Below are positions 1 through 9,233 of a stretch of DNA of 64,000 nt, one piece after another. The notes under the pieces are model-generated. The model was not told where the DNA came from and searched no databases. It saw only the letters and a list, made by a program, of their open reading frames with translations. A program made the translations under genes and the position numbers. Numbering within the stretch: the first letter of the stretch is position 1; each line of letters starts with the position of its first letter. The stretch lies in contig JBEKCB010000028.1 of the NCBI GenBank assembly GCA_050015075.1, forward strand, positions 1-64,000. The letters are read 5' to 3'. This DNA is from Candidatus Brocadiia bacterium (GTDB taxonomy: Bacteria; Planctomycetota; Brocadiia; CAIUPP01).

Positions 1-1
1 G

Positions 2-931
2 CAGCTTGATGTCCTCCGGCGTGCCGTCGTGGAGGATTTTGACCGCCACCTGCCGCCCCGTGCTCAACTGCCGCCCGACGTGCACGGTTGCGAATCCCCC
101 TTCGCCGGCCGGCCGGCCGACGAGGAAGTCCCCCATCAGCACCCCTTTGACCTCTTCCGGGGCCAGTTTCGACAGCAGTTTCCGGAAGTCCCTCTCCTGC
201 ACGCCCGATTTCCCCAGCAGACGCTGCAGCGCTTGAATCACCCGCGCGCCGCCTTCGGCGGAGTATTTTGGCTCGCGCCCCTCGGCGACGTATCGCGCCG
301 AGAAGTCCTCTTCCAGCCCGTTGAACGTCCAGAGCGCGGCGCCTTCGCGCTCGAACCAGGGCGGCCGATATTCCGCCGGCGCACCGAGCGACTCGATGAG
401 CGATCGGCGAGCCTGCAACTGGATCAGCGGACGCAACGCCGCCGCCAGACGCGCCCAGCCCGTCTCATCCGTCGGCGGATCGTGCGCCACCAGGTTGCGC
501 ACGCCGATGGCCATCGAGAGCGCATTCCCCGTCGTGAGCTTCCCGCCGCGCCAGCGCGTCACCTCGCACAGGGGCTTCAGCGATTCGGCGACCGGCGCGT
601 CGAGCCGCTCATCGAGCAGTTGCAGCACATGGGCTACGATGGCGGCCTGCTCGACCTTCTGGCGCTCCGAGGCGCTCCCGGCGCGCAGCGCCTCGCGCCG
701 CGCGCTCCGCAAGCCCGACAGCAGGCCGTTCCACGTCCCCCAAGCGGGACGCTGCAGGCCTCCGAGCGCGCTGAACAGCTCGCTCGACACGATCTCCGCA
801 CGCTCCCAGTCCGACAGCGCCAGCAGCGCCACGGCGCGGAAGTCTGATTCCAGGTACGCCAGGGAACGGCGGACGAAGGGCTCACTCCCCAAAGTTTCCC
901 TTAACAATCCATCATAACGGTTCGCGCTCAT
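2..931 (-). CDS. Ser/Thr protein kinase with N-terminal HEPN-like domain (5' part; continues off the window start)
   Basis: Translated by hand; absent from the ORF track because there is no stop in the window. MSANRYDGLL...RPAWGTWNGLL...GVRNLVAHD...GDFLVGRPAGEGGFATVHVGRQLSTGRQVAVKIL contains the kinase Gly-loop and VAVK. Confidence 0.8.
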   Translation of the reverse strand, partial: MSANRYDGLLRETLGSEPFVRRSLAYLESDFRAVALLALSDWERAEIVSSELFSALGGLQRPAWGTWNGLLSGLRSARREALRAGSASERQKVEQAAIVAHVLQLLDERLDAPVAESLKPLCEVTRWRGGKLTTGNALSMAIGVRNLVAHDPPTDETGWARLAAALRPLIQLQARRSLIESLGAPAEYRPPWFEREGAALWTFNGLEEDFSARYVAEGREPKYSAEGGARVIQALQRLLGKSGVQERDFRKLLSKLAPEEVKGVLMGDFLVGRPAGEGGFATVHVGRQLSTGRQVAVKILHDGTPEDIKL

Positions 932-1013
932 CGTCTGATCGCCCGGATCTTTGCAGTGAGGGTTTCGAGTGCCTGGGCCTCTTGCACGCGGTCGGTCGCT
1001 GCTGTGAACCTTT

Positions 1014-1511
1014 TCACGCGGTTCCAGGCCTGCGGGGAATAAGGTTGCGCCCCAGATTGATGACCGAGAATCCGCCGAGGACGAGCGCGAACGTCAACGA
1101 ACCGGAGACGCGCTCAGCCCAATGCTCCCTTCCGAGTTCGCGGGAACTCTTGACCTGGCGGTTCGCTCCGTACTGGTCGCTCTCGACGAACTGCTCATCG
1201 GGCGAGGAGGAGAAGAACGTATCGGGATCGCTGCGCAGCGCGGGCGCAAGGAACGCGCCTAGGATGACCACCACGAGAACCAGGGCCGTGACGTTCTTGG
1301 CCACCTGCCACGAGAACGCCCCCTTCGGGTGGAATCGGTCGAGACAAGCGGCTGCGATCAACCCCAGCAGGCCGGCGCCTAAACCAGCCCCGAGCGCCCC
1401 GCCTTCGTGCAGACGCAGCAGGACTACAGCCTGGCTGACAATGAAGGCCGAAGCCCACAGGGCCAGGATCCACAAGGGGCGCCACGAGAACCGAATCCAC
1501 GGCCGATCCAT
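1014..1511 (-). CDS. hypothetical membrane protein (about 4 TM segments)
   Basis: Several hydrophobic segments; ATG at 1511; divergent promoter upstream; co-oriented with the kinase. Confidence 0.65.
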   Translation of the reverse strand: MDRPWIRFSWRPLWILALWASAFIVSQAVVLLRLHEGGALGAGLGAGLLGLIAAACLDRFHPKGAFSWQVAKNVTALVLVVVILGAFLAPALRSDPDTFFSSSPDEQFVESDQYGANRQVKSSRELGREHWAERVSGSLTFALVLGGFSVINLGRNLIPRRPGTA

Positions 1512-1547
1512 TTGATCCCTCGATTCCAGCATGTCATTGTTCGGCAC

Positions 1548-1576
1548 ATTCTGACGAGAGAAGCCGCCGTCGTCAA
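1548..1576 (-). promoter_or_regulatory. sigma70-type promoter TTGACG-N17-CAGAAT
   Basis: Consensus-like hexamers with 17-nt spacer, upstream of the 1511 start. Confidence 0.45.
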
Positions 1577-1606
1577 GGATTTTTCGGCGGTCCGCCGAAG
1601 GATCGT

Positions 1607-1635
1607 TTGACAGCGGCGACGGGACTCTCTAATCT
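1607..1635 (+). promoter_or_regulatory. sigma70-type promoter TTGACA-N17-TAATCT
   Basis: Perfect -35 and 17-nt spacer upstream of the lyase gene. Confidence 0.55.
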
Positions 1636-1721
1636 CATGCCTCAAAGCCGGCCGTCCTTTGGAGGACGGTCGAATGGGAATTCCAGGCTGTATTCGGTGG
1701 ACCAGTTCGGAAGGGCATGTG

Positions 1722-4583
1722 ATGAAGAAACTCTTGCGGTCGGCGGCGCTGGTTTCGGCTGTGCTGGTCATGGCAGCGTCAGCGCGCGCCGAGGAAAAGA
1801 AGGTCACGTTCGATAACAAGGACGCCATCGCCGGGTGGACGGTGACCGGCGACGTGGCGGTTGACCCGGCGAAGACGCGTCCGGACGGCGCGGGCGGGTC
1901 GCTCAAGATCGGCCCGGGCGGCAAGGCTTTCTGGAAGCTCGGCGACGCCGACCTTTCGGGCAAGGTGGAGTTCTGGGTTTACGAGGACGGCAAGGCGCCG
2001 GCGGACCCGAAGGCCCACGGCTACGGGTCGCTCTGGGGCGTCATGACCGCCGACGGCCACGCCCTGGTCAGCGGGGCGATCTATGCTCCGTACCTGGGCG
2101 GCGACACGACCTACGCGGTGGGCGAATTCAATCCCGCCAAGGCGGGCGACCTGCCCTCGCTCAAGTGCCAGTACCTCGGCCTGGATCGCGCGGTCGGCTG
2201 GCACAAGTGGACGTTCAATATGGACGCCGGGACGGGCCTGACGATCCTGGTGGACGACAAGGATGTGAACGGGACCACGCCCAAGTCGCGGTTCGACTGG
2301 AACAAGACGGACCTGCCGGGAATCTCGACCATCGTTTTCATGGGCGACGCGACCAAGGACGCCGCGCAGACCCTGTGGGTCAACGGTCTGACCGTGGCGC
2401 AGGGGCCGGCGATGACGGCCAAGCTGGCGCCGCCTCCGCCACCGCCGCCGTTCCTGCCCGAGAAGGATCCGGCCGCGGCGGAAGGGCCGCAGGTCAAGTA
2501 CCTGGCTGCCACTGCCAACCAGCATCCGCGGCTGCTGTTCACCGCCGACCGGATCGCGCAGCTCAAGGCGTTTTACAACAGTCCGCAGGGCAAGACCTAC
2601 CGGACGGAGATGGAAGGATATATGGCCGGATGCACGGTGCCGGCGGATCGCAAGACCAGTCCCGCCTGGGGACAGGAGTACGGCCTATACAAGATGCCGA
2701 TGGTGGCTCTGCACTATGTGCTGACGAAGGACCCCGATTCATTCCAGAAGTCGGTGGCGTATCTGAAATGGCTGGCCGGGACGGCCGATTGGACCGAGGG
2801 CGGCGAGCCGGCCGTGGAAGACACGCCGGAAGCTTATGCGAAAGTCATGGAGAAGTTGAAGGGCCTGGGGCCGTACGACGAGCGGAATAGCGATACGACC
2901 GCTTCGTTCACGATGGTCGGGGCATCGCTCACCTGGGACTGGCTGTATAACGACCTGGACCCGGCGTTCCGGGAGATGTTCCGCCAGGTGCTCTGGGAAC
3001 ATGCCCGCGTGATGTACTATGGCGGCCATAAGAGCGGCAATCCCGAGGGCGGCTATTGGCGCGGCGTGCCGGCGTATAATCACCGCTGGTACCGGGACTG
3101 GGGCCTGACGCTGGCGGCGCTCGGCGCGGGCGAAGGCAAACCGGAAGAACAGTGGCTGCTCAGCGAGGTGGAGAAGGAACTCCAGTTCATGGCGGCCTGG
3201 TTGCCGGTGGACGGCAGCCAGCACGAAGGGCCGGGTTACGGCTCCAGCGCGGGCGCGCTGGGCATGGCCTTCGAGGTCTCGGACGATCTGAGCGGGACGC
3301 ATTTCCTCGATACGCCGTTCTTCAAGAGCGTGGCGAGCTACACGATGCAGATTTCGGGGCCGGGTATGGAAGAGAACTTCTACTTCGCCGATTCCTGGAC
3401 CAAGGGGTGCAGTTTTAATCCGTTCTTCCTGAAAACGGCGGCGGCCCACAAGCAGGCCGACGTCATGGACGGCATCCGGCACGGGCTCCAGCTCCACGCG
3501 AAAGATTGGGGCACGGAGGATTCCGCCTGGGAGCCGCTGATCTACGATGATCCGAGCATTAAAGGCGGCCACTACGCCAAACTGCCGACGTCGGCGTTCC
3601 TGCCCGACCTGGGAATCTCCATCACGCGCGATTCATGGCAGGATAAGGCCGTGGCGGCGATGTTCAAGTGCGGGCCCATGGGCGGCTACAAATCAAACTC
3701 CTGGCGCCCGACCCACATGGACGGTCAGAACCTGCCCTACCTGAACGTGGCGCACGACCATCCCGACGCCAACTCCTTCATCGTCCTGGGTGACGGCGAG
3801 TACCTGGCCGAGACGGACCGCTATTGTGAGGTGCCGGGCAAGCTGTCCTCCAGCGTCAACACGATCCTGATCAACGGCATCGGCCAGGCCGCGGACGGGC
3901 GGCCCGAAGGGGACACCTGGCAGCAGCCCGGCGGCGCCGACATGACCGATCAGGGCAAGATCACCGCCTACAAGGACGCCGGCGACGTCGTGGTGACGGA
4001 AGGCGAGGCGGCGGGATCGTACCTGGCCTACGGCGAGGCCGGCGCCAAGAAGAGTCGCCCGGCCATAGACCGTTTCCGCCGGACTTTCATCTGGGTCAAG
4101 GGCGGCTACATTCTCGTGTTCGACGACATCCGCTCGCCCAAGCCGGTCGAGATCACCTGGCTCATCCAGGGCGCCAAGCTCCAGCCGGTGAACGCGGCCG
4201 AAGGGCGCTACAAGCTGGCCAAGGGCGCGGCCCAGTGCGAGTTCCAACTTGTGGCGGACGTGCCGCTCCAATCGAAGATCGGCGTCTCGACGGCCAACGA
4301 CCACAGCAAACTGATGAACTGGCAACAGCTCCAGGCCAGCGCCCAGGGAACCGCCGCGCGGTACGCCTGCGTCGTGGACCCGTGGCACAAGAACGTGAAG
4401 GTGACGCTGACGCCTGACGGGCCCGACAAGGCGACGATCACGGTCACCGGGCCGGGCATCGCCGACACGTGGAAATGGGAGGCGGGCAAAGGCAGGTTCG
4501 ATCCGGCCACCTGGCACGGATCGCGCCAGGGCGGGTTCGACATTACGGTGGACGCGAAGACGGCTGTGCCGCCGGCGCCGTAA
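1722..4583 (+). CDS. secreted heparinase II/III-like polysaccharide lyase with N-terminal beta-sandwich module
   Basis: Signal peptide MKKLLRSAALVSAVLVMAASARA; poly-Pro linker; HPRLLF, NHRWY, DGSQHEGPGY and HDHPDANSF motifs typical of Hepar_II_III/DUF4962 proteins. Confidence 0.8.
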   Translation: MKKLLRSAALVSAVLVMAASARAEEKKVTFDNKDAIAGWTVTGDVAVDPAKTRPDGAGGSLKIGPGGKAFWKLGDADLSGKVEFWVYEDGKAPADPKAHGYGSLWGVMTADGHALVSGAIYAPYLGGDTTYAVGEFNPAKAGDLPSLKCQYLGLDRAVGWHKWTFNMDAGTGLTILVDDKDVNGTTPKSRFDWNKTDLPGISTIVFMGDATKDAAQTLWVNGLTVAQGPAMTAKLAPPPPPPPFLPEKDPAAAEGPQVKYLAATANQHPRLLFTADRIAQLKAFYNSPQGKTYRTEMEGYMAGCTVPADRKTSPAWGQEYGLYKMPMVALHYVLTKDPDSFQKSVAYLKWLAGTADWTEGGEPAVEDTPEAYAKVMEKLKGLGPYDERNSDTTASFTMVGASLTWDWLYNDLDPAFREMFRQVLWEHARVMYYGGHKSGNPEGGYWRGVPAYNHRWYRDWGLTLAALGAGEGKPEEQWLLSEVEKELQFMAAWLPVDGSQHEGPGYGSSAGALGMAFEVSDDLSGTHFLDTPFFKSVASYTMQISGPGMEENFYFADSWTKGCSFNPFFLKTAAAHKQADVMDGIRHGLQLHAKDWGTEDSAWEPLIYDDPSIKGGHYAKLPTSAFLPDLGISITRDSWQDKAVAAMFKCGPMGGYKSNSWRPTHMDGQNLPYLNVAHDHPDANSFIVLGDGEYLAETDRYCEVPGKLSSSVNTILINGIGQAADGRPEGDTWQQPGGADMTDQGKITAYKDAGDVVVTEGEAAGSYLAYGEAGAKKSRPAIDRFRRTFIWVKGGYILVFDDIRSPKPVEITWLIQGAKLQPVNAAEGRYKLAKGAAQCEFQLVADVPLQSKIGVSTANDHSKLMNWQQLQASAQGTAARYACVVDPWHKNVKVTLTPDGPDKATITVTGPGIADTWKWEAGKGRFDPATWHGSRQGGFDITVDAKTAVPPAP

Positions 4584-4608
4584 TCCGGCCGGCGATATCA
4601 ACGACGGA

Positions 4609-4643
4609 AAAGCCGGCAGCCGCCTCGGGTGGCTGCCGGCTTT
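4609..4643. terminator. bidirectional intrinsic terminator
   Basis: AAAGCCGGCAGCCGCC-TCG-GGTGGCTGCCGGCTTT hairpin between convergent genes. Confidence 0.75.
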
Positions 4644-4652
4644 GCATTCAGG

Positions 4653-5402
4653 TCACTTCCGGCCCCACTCCGCGACGCTGGAGTCGAGCCGGCGGAAGTA
4701 TTCTTTCCTCTCGTCGGTCACCGCGCGCGCCTTGACGCAGCAACGGTCGCGGTAGACCGCGCTCTCCTCGACGGCGAACTGCGCCTCTTCGATCACCGCC
4801 TTCAGTCCGGCGAGGTTCGGCCCCCACTTGTTCGTCGCGTCCTTGTTGAGCGCGTCGCGAGGATAGTACTGCCAGGCCGGAGTGCGCAGCGCCCTGAGAA
4901 TGGGGTGGCCCGTGATGTGCGTCTCGACGAACAGCAGTCCGCCCGGCCGGGCGACCTGGTGCACCTGGTCGAAGGCCAGGAGCGGGTTGCGCAGGTGGTA
5001 GAGCACTCCCAGGAACAGGACGATGTCGAACAGACCGTGTTTCTCCGGCGCGAGCCGGTAGACGTTCTCGACGACGTAAGTCACCCGGCTGCCGAGAATC
5101 CGCGACGCGATGGAGAACCCGGTGACCTCCGGCGCCGCGTAGTCCATGCCGACCACTTCCGCCCCGCGCCGCTCCATCTCGAAGGCGAAAAAGCCGTCGC
5201 GGCAGCCGATGTCGAGCACGCGGAGCTTTGAGCAATCCCTGGGAAGCCCCAGCGCGTCGAGCCGCTGGAGGCCCGGCCCGGAAAGATTGGACCCGGGCGT
5301 GACGACGCCGGGCGCCAGCTCGATCTGGTGGTACCAGTTCTTGAAGCTTCCCATCAGCGACCGGATCTGCTCCGGATCGGTGATGGGGTCATGGCGGTTC
5401 AT
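4653..5402 (-). CDS. class I SAM-dependent methyltransferase (DUF1698/CmoB-like)
   Basis: WYHQIEL, VLDIGCRDGFF and FDIVLFLGVLYHLRNP motifs; start placed at MNRHDP. Confidence 0.85.
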   Translation of the reverse strand: MNRHDPITDPEQIRSLMGSFKNWYHQIELAPGVVTPGSNLSGPGLQRLDALGLPRDCSKLRVLDIGCRDGFFAFEMERRGAEVVGMDYAAPEVTGFSIASRILGSRVTYVVENVYRLAPEKHGLFDIVLFLGVLYHLRNPLLAFDQVHQVARPGGLLFVETHITGHPILRALRTPAWQYYPRDALNKDATNKWGPNLAGLKAVIEEAQFAVEESAVYRDRCCVKARAVTDERKEYFRRLDSSVAEWGRK

Positions 5403-5563
5403 CCCGGCATTCTCGCAACTGAAACGATTCCCGTCAAGGAATCTCCCGCCGCGGCGGCTGCTTGCAAGGTCCGCGGGCGGCGGATATAATCCATCGGGTT
5501 TCCGGCGGCCTTGCCTGTCGTCAGGACCTCGCTTCCATCCTCGCGGCCGGAGCGGAGCACGGC

Positions 5564-6334
5564 GTGCGCCCATCGCAGATGATCTACTATCGCGACCTGG
5601 TCTGGGTCCTCGTCGCGAAGGAATTGAAGCTCCGCTACCGGAACACCGTCCTGGGGTACGCGTGGTCCGTGCTCAATCCGCTGGCGTTCGCCATGGTGTT
5701 CTTCGTCGTGTTCAAGATCTTCATGCGCGTCCCCATCGCGAACTACACCCTCTTCCTGATCACGGGCCTGTTCCCGTGGCAATGGTTTGCGAACACCGTC
5801 ACGTCGTCGAACTACTCTTTTCTCAACAACAGCTCGCTGATCAAGAAGGTGAAGTTCCCAAGGTACTTCCTGGTGATTGCGGGCGTCCTGAACGACATGA
5901 TTCACTTCGCCCTCTCCATCGTGGTGATCGTCGCCTTCATGATCTTCTATCACAAGGCGCCGTCGTTGAACTGGATCGTGCTGGTGCCTTTCATGGTGCT
6001 GGTGCAGTTCCTGCTCACGACGGGGATCGCGCTCGCGGCGGCCAGTTGCAACCTGTTCTTCCGGGACCTGGAGAGGATGGCCGGCATCCTGGTCATGCTC
6101 TGGTTCTACGCGACGCCGGTGATCTATTCGGTGGGCATGATTCCGCCCCGGTTCCTCTGGTGGACCTACGCGAACCCGATGACGCCGGTGATCATGTGCT
6201 GGCGAAGCCTGTTCTTGGGCGATCCCCTGTCGCTTTCGTACCTCGGAGCGGCCGCGGCGTGGGCCGTGCTGATCTTCGCGATCGGCCTCCGGATCTACAA
6301 GTCCCTGGAGTGGAGGTTCGCCGAGATTGTCTAG
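5564..6334 (+). CDS. wzm: polysaccharide ABC-2 exporter permease (Wzm)
   Basis: ELKLRYRNTVLGYAWSVLNPL, LIKKVKFPR, FFRDL, FYATPVIY and NPM motifs; GTG start with GGAG. Confidence 0.9.
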   Translation: MRPSQMIYYRDLVWVLVAKELKLRYRNTVLGYAWSVLNPLAFAMVFFVVFKIFMRVPIANYTLFLITGLFPWQWFANTVTSSNYSFLNNSSLIKKVKFPRYFLVIAGVLNDMIHFALSIVVIVAFMIFYHKAPSLNWIVLVPFMVLVQFLLTTGIALAAASCNLFFRDLERMAGILVMLWFYATPVIYSVGMIPPRFLWWTYANPMTPVIMCWRSLFLGDPLSLSYLGAAAAWAVLIFAIGLRIYKSLEWRFAEIV

Positions 6335-7082
6335 CGACGCGGTTGTCCGCTTCCACGAGGTCACCAAGTATTACCCGGCGAGCAATATCGCCTCCCGCGG
6401 TATGAAGCACCTGATCCTCCACCTCCCGCGGCACATCGCCGCGTTCTCCCGCAAGAAGACGTTCTGCGCACTCGACGGCGTATCCTTCGAAGTCCCCCAC
6501 GGCGAATGTTTCGGGATCATCGGCCGGAACGGTTCGGGCAAGAGCACCACCCTGGGCCTGATCGCAGGCGTGCTGAGGCCGAGCCGGGGCACGGTCGAGA
6601 CGCAGGGCAAGATCGCCCCGTTGCTGGAGCTGGGCGCCGGGTTCCACGCGGAACTCTCCGGCCGGGACAACATCGTCCTGAACGGGATATTGCTCGGGCT
6701 CACGCGGGCGCGCGTCATGGAGCACATGGACCAGATCATCGCGTTCTCGGAGCTGGAGCGCTTCATTGACCAGCCGCTGCGGACTTACTCCACCGGAATG
6801 ATAGCGCGGCTGGGCTTCTCGGTCGCGGTGCACCTCGAGCCGGACATCCTGCTGGTGGACGAGGTGCTGGCGGTGGGCGACGAGGCGTTCCAGGAGAAGT
6901 GCCTGCGGAAGATGGCGGAGTTCAGGTCCCAGGGTGTGACGATTATCTTCGTGACGCACAAGCTGACCGACGTCGAGAAGATCTGCGACCGCACCATGCT
7001 CCTGATGGGCGGGCGCGTCCAGCAGATCGGAAACCCGCAGGAGGTCGTCCGCGAATACCGGAAGCGGATGGCCCAGGCATAA
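6327..7082 (+). CDS. wzt: polysaccharide ABC exporter ATPase (Wzt), no C-terminal carbohydrate-binding domain
   Basis: Walker A GRNGSGKST, YSTGMIARLGFS, DEVLAVGD; 251 aa. Confidence 0.9.
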   Translation: MSSDAVVRFHEVTKYYPASNIASRGMKHLILHLPRHIAAFSRKKTFCALDGVSFEVPHGECFGIIGRNGSGKSTTLGLIAGVLRPSRGTVETQGKIAPLLELGAGFHAELSGRDNIVLNGILLGLTRARVMEHMDQIIAFSELERFIDQPLRTYSTGMIARLGFSVAVHLEPDILLVDEVLAVGDEAFQEKCLRKMAEFRSQGVTIIFVTHKLTDVEKICDRTMLLMGGRVQQIGNPQEVVREYRKRMAQA

Positions 7083-9233
7083 ATGAACGCGCGAACAAAC
7101 CGGGCATTCGTCGGCCATCTCGCGCGGACTTGCGTCGTCACGGTCGGGCTCGCGGCTGCGCTGCTTCTCGTCCACCATCCGATGATTCTCAGCGGCCTGG
7201 GGAGAGTTCAGACCGCGCTCGTCGATACGCGCTTCAACATGTACGCGGTGGAGCACACCTATCTCTGGCTCGCCTCCGCTCCCGGACATCAGAGTTTCTG
7301 GAACTGGCCGGTCTTTTACCCGCATGCGAATGTCGCGGCCTATTCGGACCTCATGCTCGGCCTGGGCCCGCTCTATTGGCCATGGCGCCTGCTGGGAGCT
7401 GCGCCGGACACAGCGTTCCAGCTCTGGATGATGGCGTGCACCGCGGCCAACTTCCTTGTCGCTTACATCTTCCTGAGAAATATCTTTCGCGTCGGGCCCC
7501 TGCCGGCCGCTTTCGGAGCGTTGTTGTTCGCGGGCGGAAGCTGTCGCGCCGCGCAACTGGGCCATCAGCAACTGCTTTGTCACCTGTATGTGATGACTGC
7601 AATTTACGCCGTGTTCCGGATGTTCGACCCGCCGTTGAGCGACGGCAAGGGCGGGATATGGTTCGGCGTATTCTGCGCGAGCGTAGCGCTCCAGCTCTAC
7701 ACGGCGTTTTATTTCGGTTTCTTCCTCATCCTCGTCCTGGGGATAGCGCTGGCCTGGTGCATGACGTTTGCCGGCTGCCGGCGCGAGGTCATTGCGTTCG
7801 CCAGGCGCCACGGGAGCGCGGTCGGAATCTGTCTGTTCGTGACCGCCCTGGCGATGCTCCCGTGGTTGAAGTACTACCTGGCGGCGTCAAGAGAGCTGGG
7901 GCCCAGACCGTACGCGGAAGTTCGGGCTTTGCTGCCGAGGATCGAGTCGTGGTTCTTCATGGGGCCTACAAGCTGGTGGTACGGCTGGATCCATAGCAGC
8001 AGCTTTTCCCCGAAAGTGCTGCCGTTGAGCGAACAGCGGATCGGGATGGGCCTGCTGACGCCGGTCATTGTTCTGACCGGCCTGGTCTGGAGCTGGCGCC
8101 GCCGTTCCGTGCGGATCCTGCTTGGAACCACGGTCACCGTGATGTTCCTGGTCACTTACATCCGCTGGTTCGGCCTTCCGGAACCCTGGCGAGCGGTGTT
8201 CGCCGCGGTTCCCGGCGCCGGCGCCATACGGGCGGTGGCGCGCATCGGCATGCTGCTCTTGATCCCCGCGTCGCTGGGGTTGGCGCTATTCCTCGAGCGC
8301 ATGCTCAGTGCCCAACGGCCTTTCACGTCAGCGGCAGTTCTGGTCGTCGCTTCCGCCTGCATTCTCGAGCAGGGACATACCACACCTTCATACGACAAAC
8401 GCGCGGTCCGGGAGGAGGTGGCTCGACTCGCCGCGAAGATTGCTCCTGAGTGCGACGCGTTCTTTTACGGCGCCGTTGAACTGGAGCCCTACCGCTGGAA
8501 GACGCAGATTGACGCGATGTGGGCCGGCTGGGTCGCTGGAAAGCCAACAATCAATGGCTATTCCGGCAATGTGCCACCGGGATGGTCTCCGATCCGTGCA
8601 GCGCTCTTCTCAGAATCGGGCCCGGACCTGCGGCGGCTGAGCCAAGAGGTCGGCCGATGGCTCCGGTTATATGGTCTGAATGCGAGCCGCATCTGTTGGA
8701 TTGGCCTGCCGCCACCGCCGCCGCTGCCGCCATTGCCTCTCGATACAGACATGGGCTTCCAGGAGGGACAGCCCGGCGTTGATTTTCTTGGGAGGGGCTT
8801 CTGGACCCCCGGGCCCGAGATGTGTTGGTCCGAAGGAGATTTTGCCGAGATCGTCTTCAGCAGGCTGGACCCTGCCGAATCCAACCAACGGTACAGACTC
8901 GCCTTGCGCCTGGTGCCCTTTGCGCCATCTGAAAAGAATCCGCAACGGTTTACGGTTCTTCTCAACGGGAAACGCCTGGCCGATTATTCGATCTCAGCGC
9001 CCGGAGAGACTCAGGTCGCGTTCGACTTTGCATCGGATGATCTCCGGGCCGAAAATGTCCTTCGATTCCGGATCGCGGCCCCTCGCTCGCCCTGGGACCT
9101 TGGCCAAGGCGACGATGCGAGACTACTCGGCGTGGGCTTGCTTTCCATGACGTTGCACCGCCTCCCGGCCGGCCCGCCGCAGGAGCTGCAGCGCATGCGC
9201 CCGGCGGACGCGAAAGAAGGGAGCGCGCGATGA
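7083..9233 (+). CDS. YfhO-like multi-TM glycosyltransferase (GT-C-like) with C-terminal beta-sandwich
   Basis: Many TM segments; FWNWPVFYPH..AYSD, GAGAIRAVAR and PTINGYSG motifs; C-terminal DARLLGVGL-type domain. Confidence 0.7.
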   Translation: MNARTNRAFVGHLARTCVVTVGLAAALLLVHHPMILSGLGRVQTALVDTRFNMYAVEHTYLWLASAPGHQSFWNWPVFYPHANVAAYSDLMLGLGPLYWPWRLLGAAPDTAFQLWMMACTAANFLVAYIFLRNIFRVGPLPAAFGALLFAGGSCRAAQLGHQQLLCHLYVMTAIYAVFRMFDPPLSDGKGGIWFGVFCASVALQLYTAFYFGFFLILVLGIALAWCMTFAGCRREVIAFARRHGSAVGICLFVTALAMLPWLKYYLAASRELGPRPYAEVRALLPRIESWFFMGPTSWWYGWIHSSSFSPKVLPLSEQRIGMGLLTPVIVLTGLVWSWRRRSVRILLGTTVTVMFLVTYIRWFGLPEPWRAVFAAVPGAGAIRAVARIGMLLLIPASLGLALFLERMLSAQRPFTSAAVLVVASACILEQGHTTPSYDKRAVREEVARLAAKIAPECDAFFYGAVELEPYRWKTQIDAMWAGWVAGKPTINGYSGNVPPGWSPIRAALFSESGPDLRRLSQEVGRWLRLYGLNASRICWIGLPPPPPLPPLPLDTDMGFQEGQPGVDFLGRGFWTPGPEMCWSEGDFAEIVFSRLDPAESNQRYRLALRLVPFAPSEKNPQRFTVLLNGKRLADYSISAPGETQVAFDFASDDLRAENVLRFRIAAPRSPWDLGQGDDARLLGVGLLSMTLHRLPAGPPQELQRMRPADAKEGSAR

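Noticed and set aside
6-917. Plus-strand ORFs 29-847 and 321-917
   Set aside because: Shadows of the minus-strand kinase gene.
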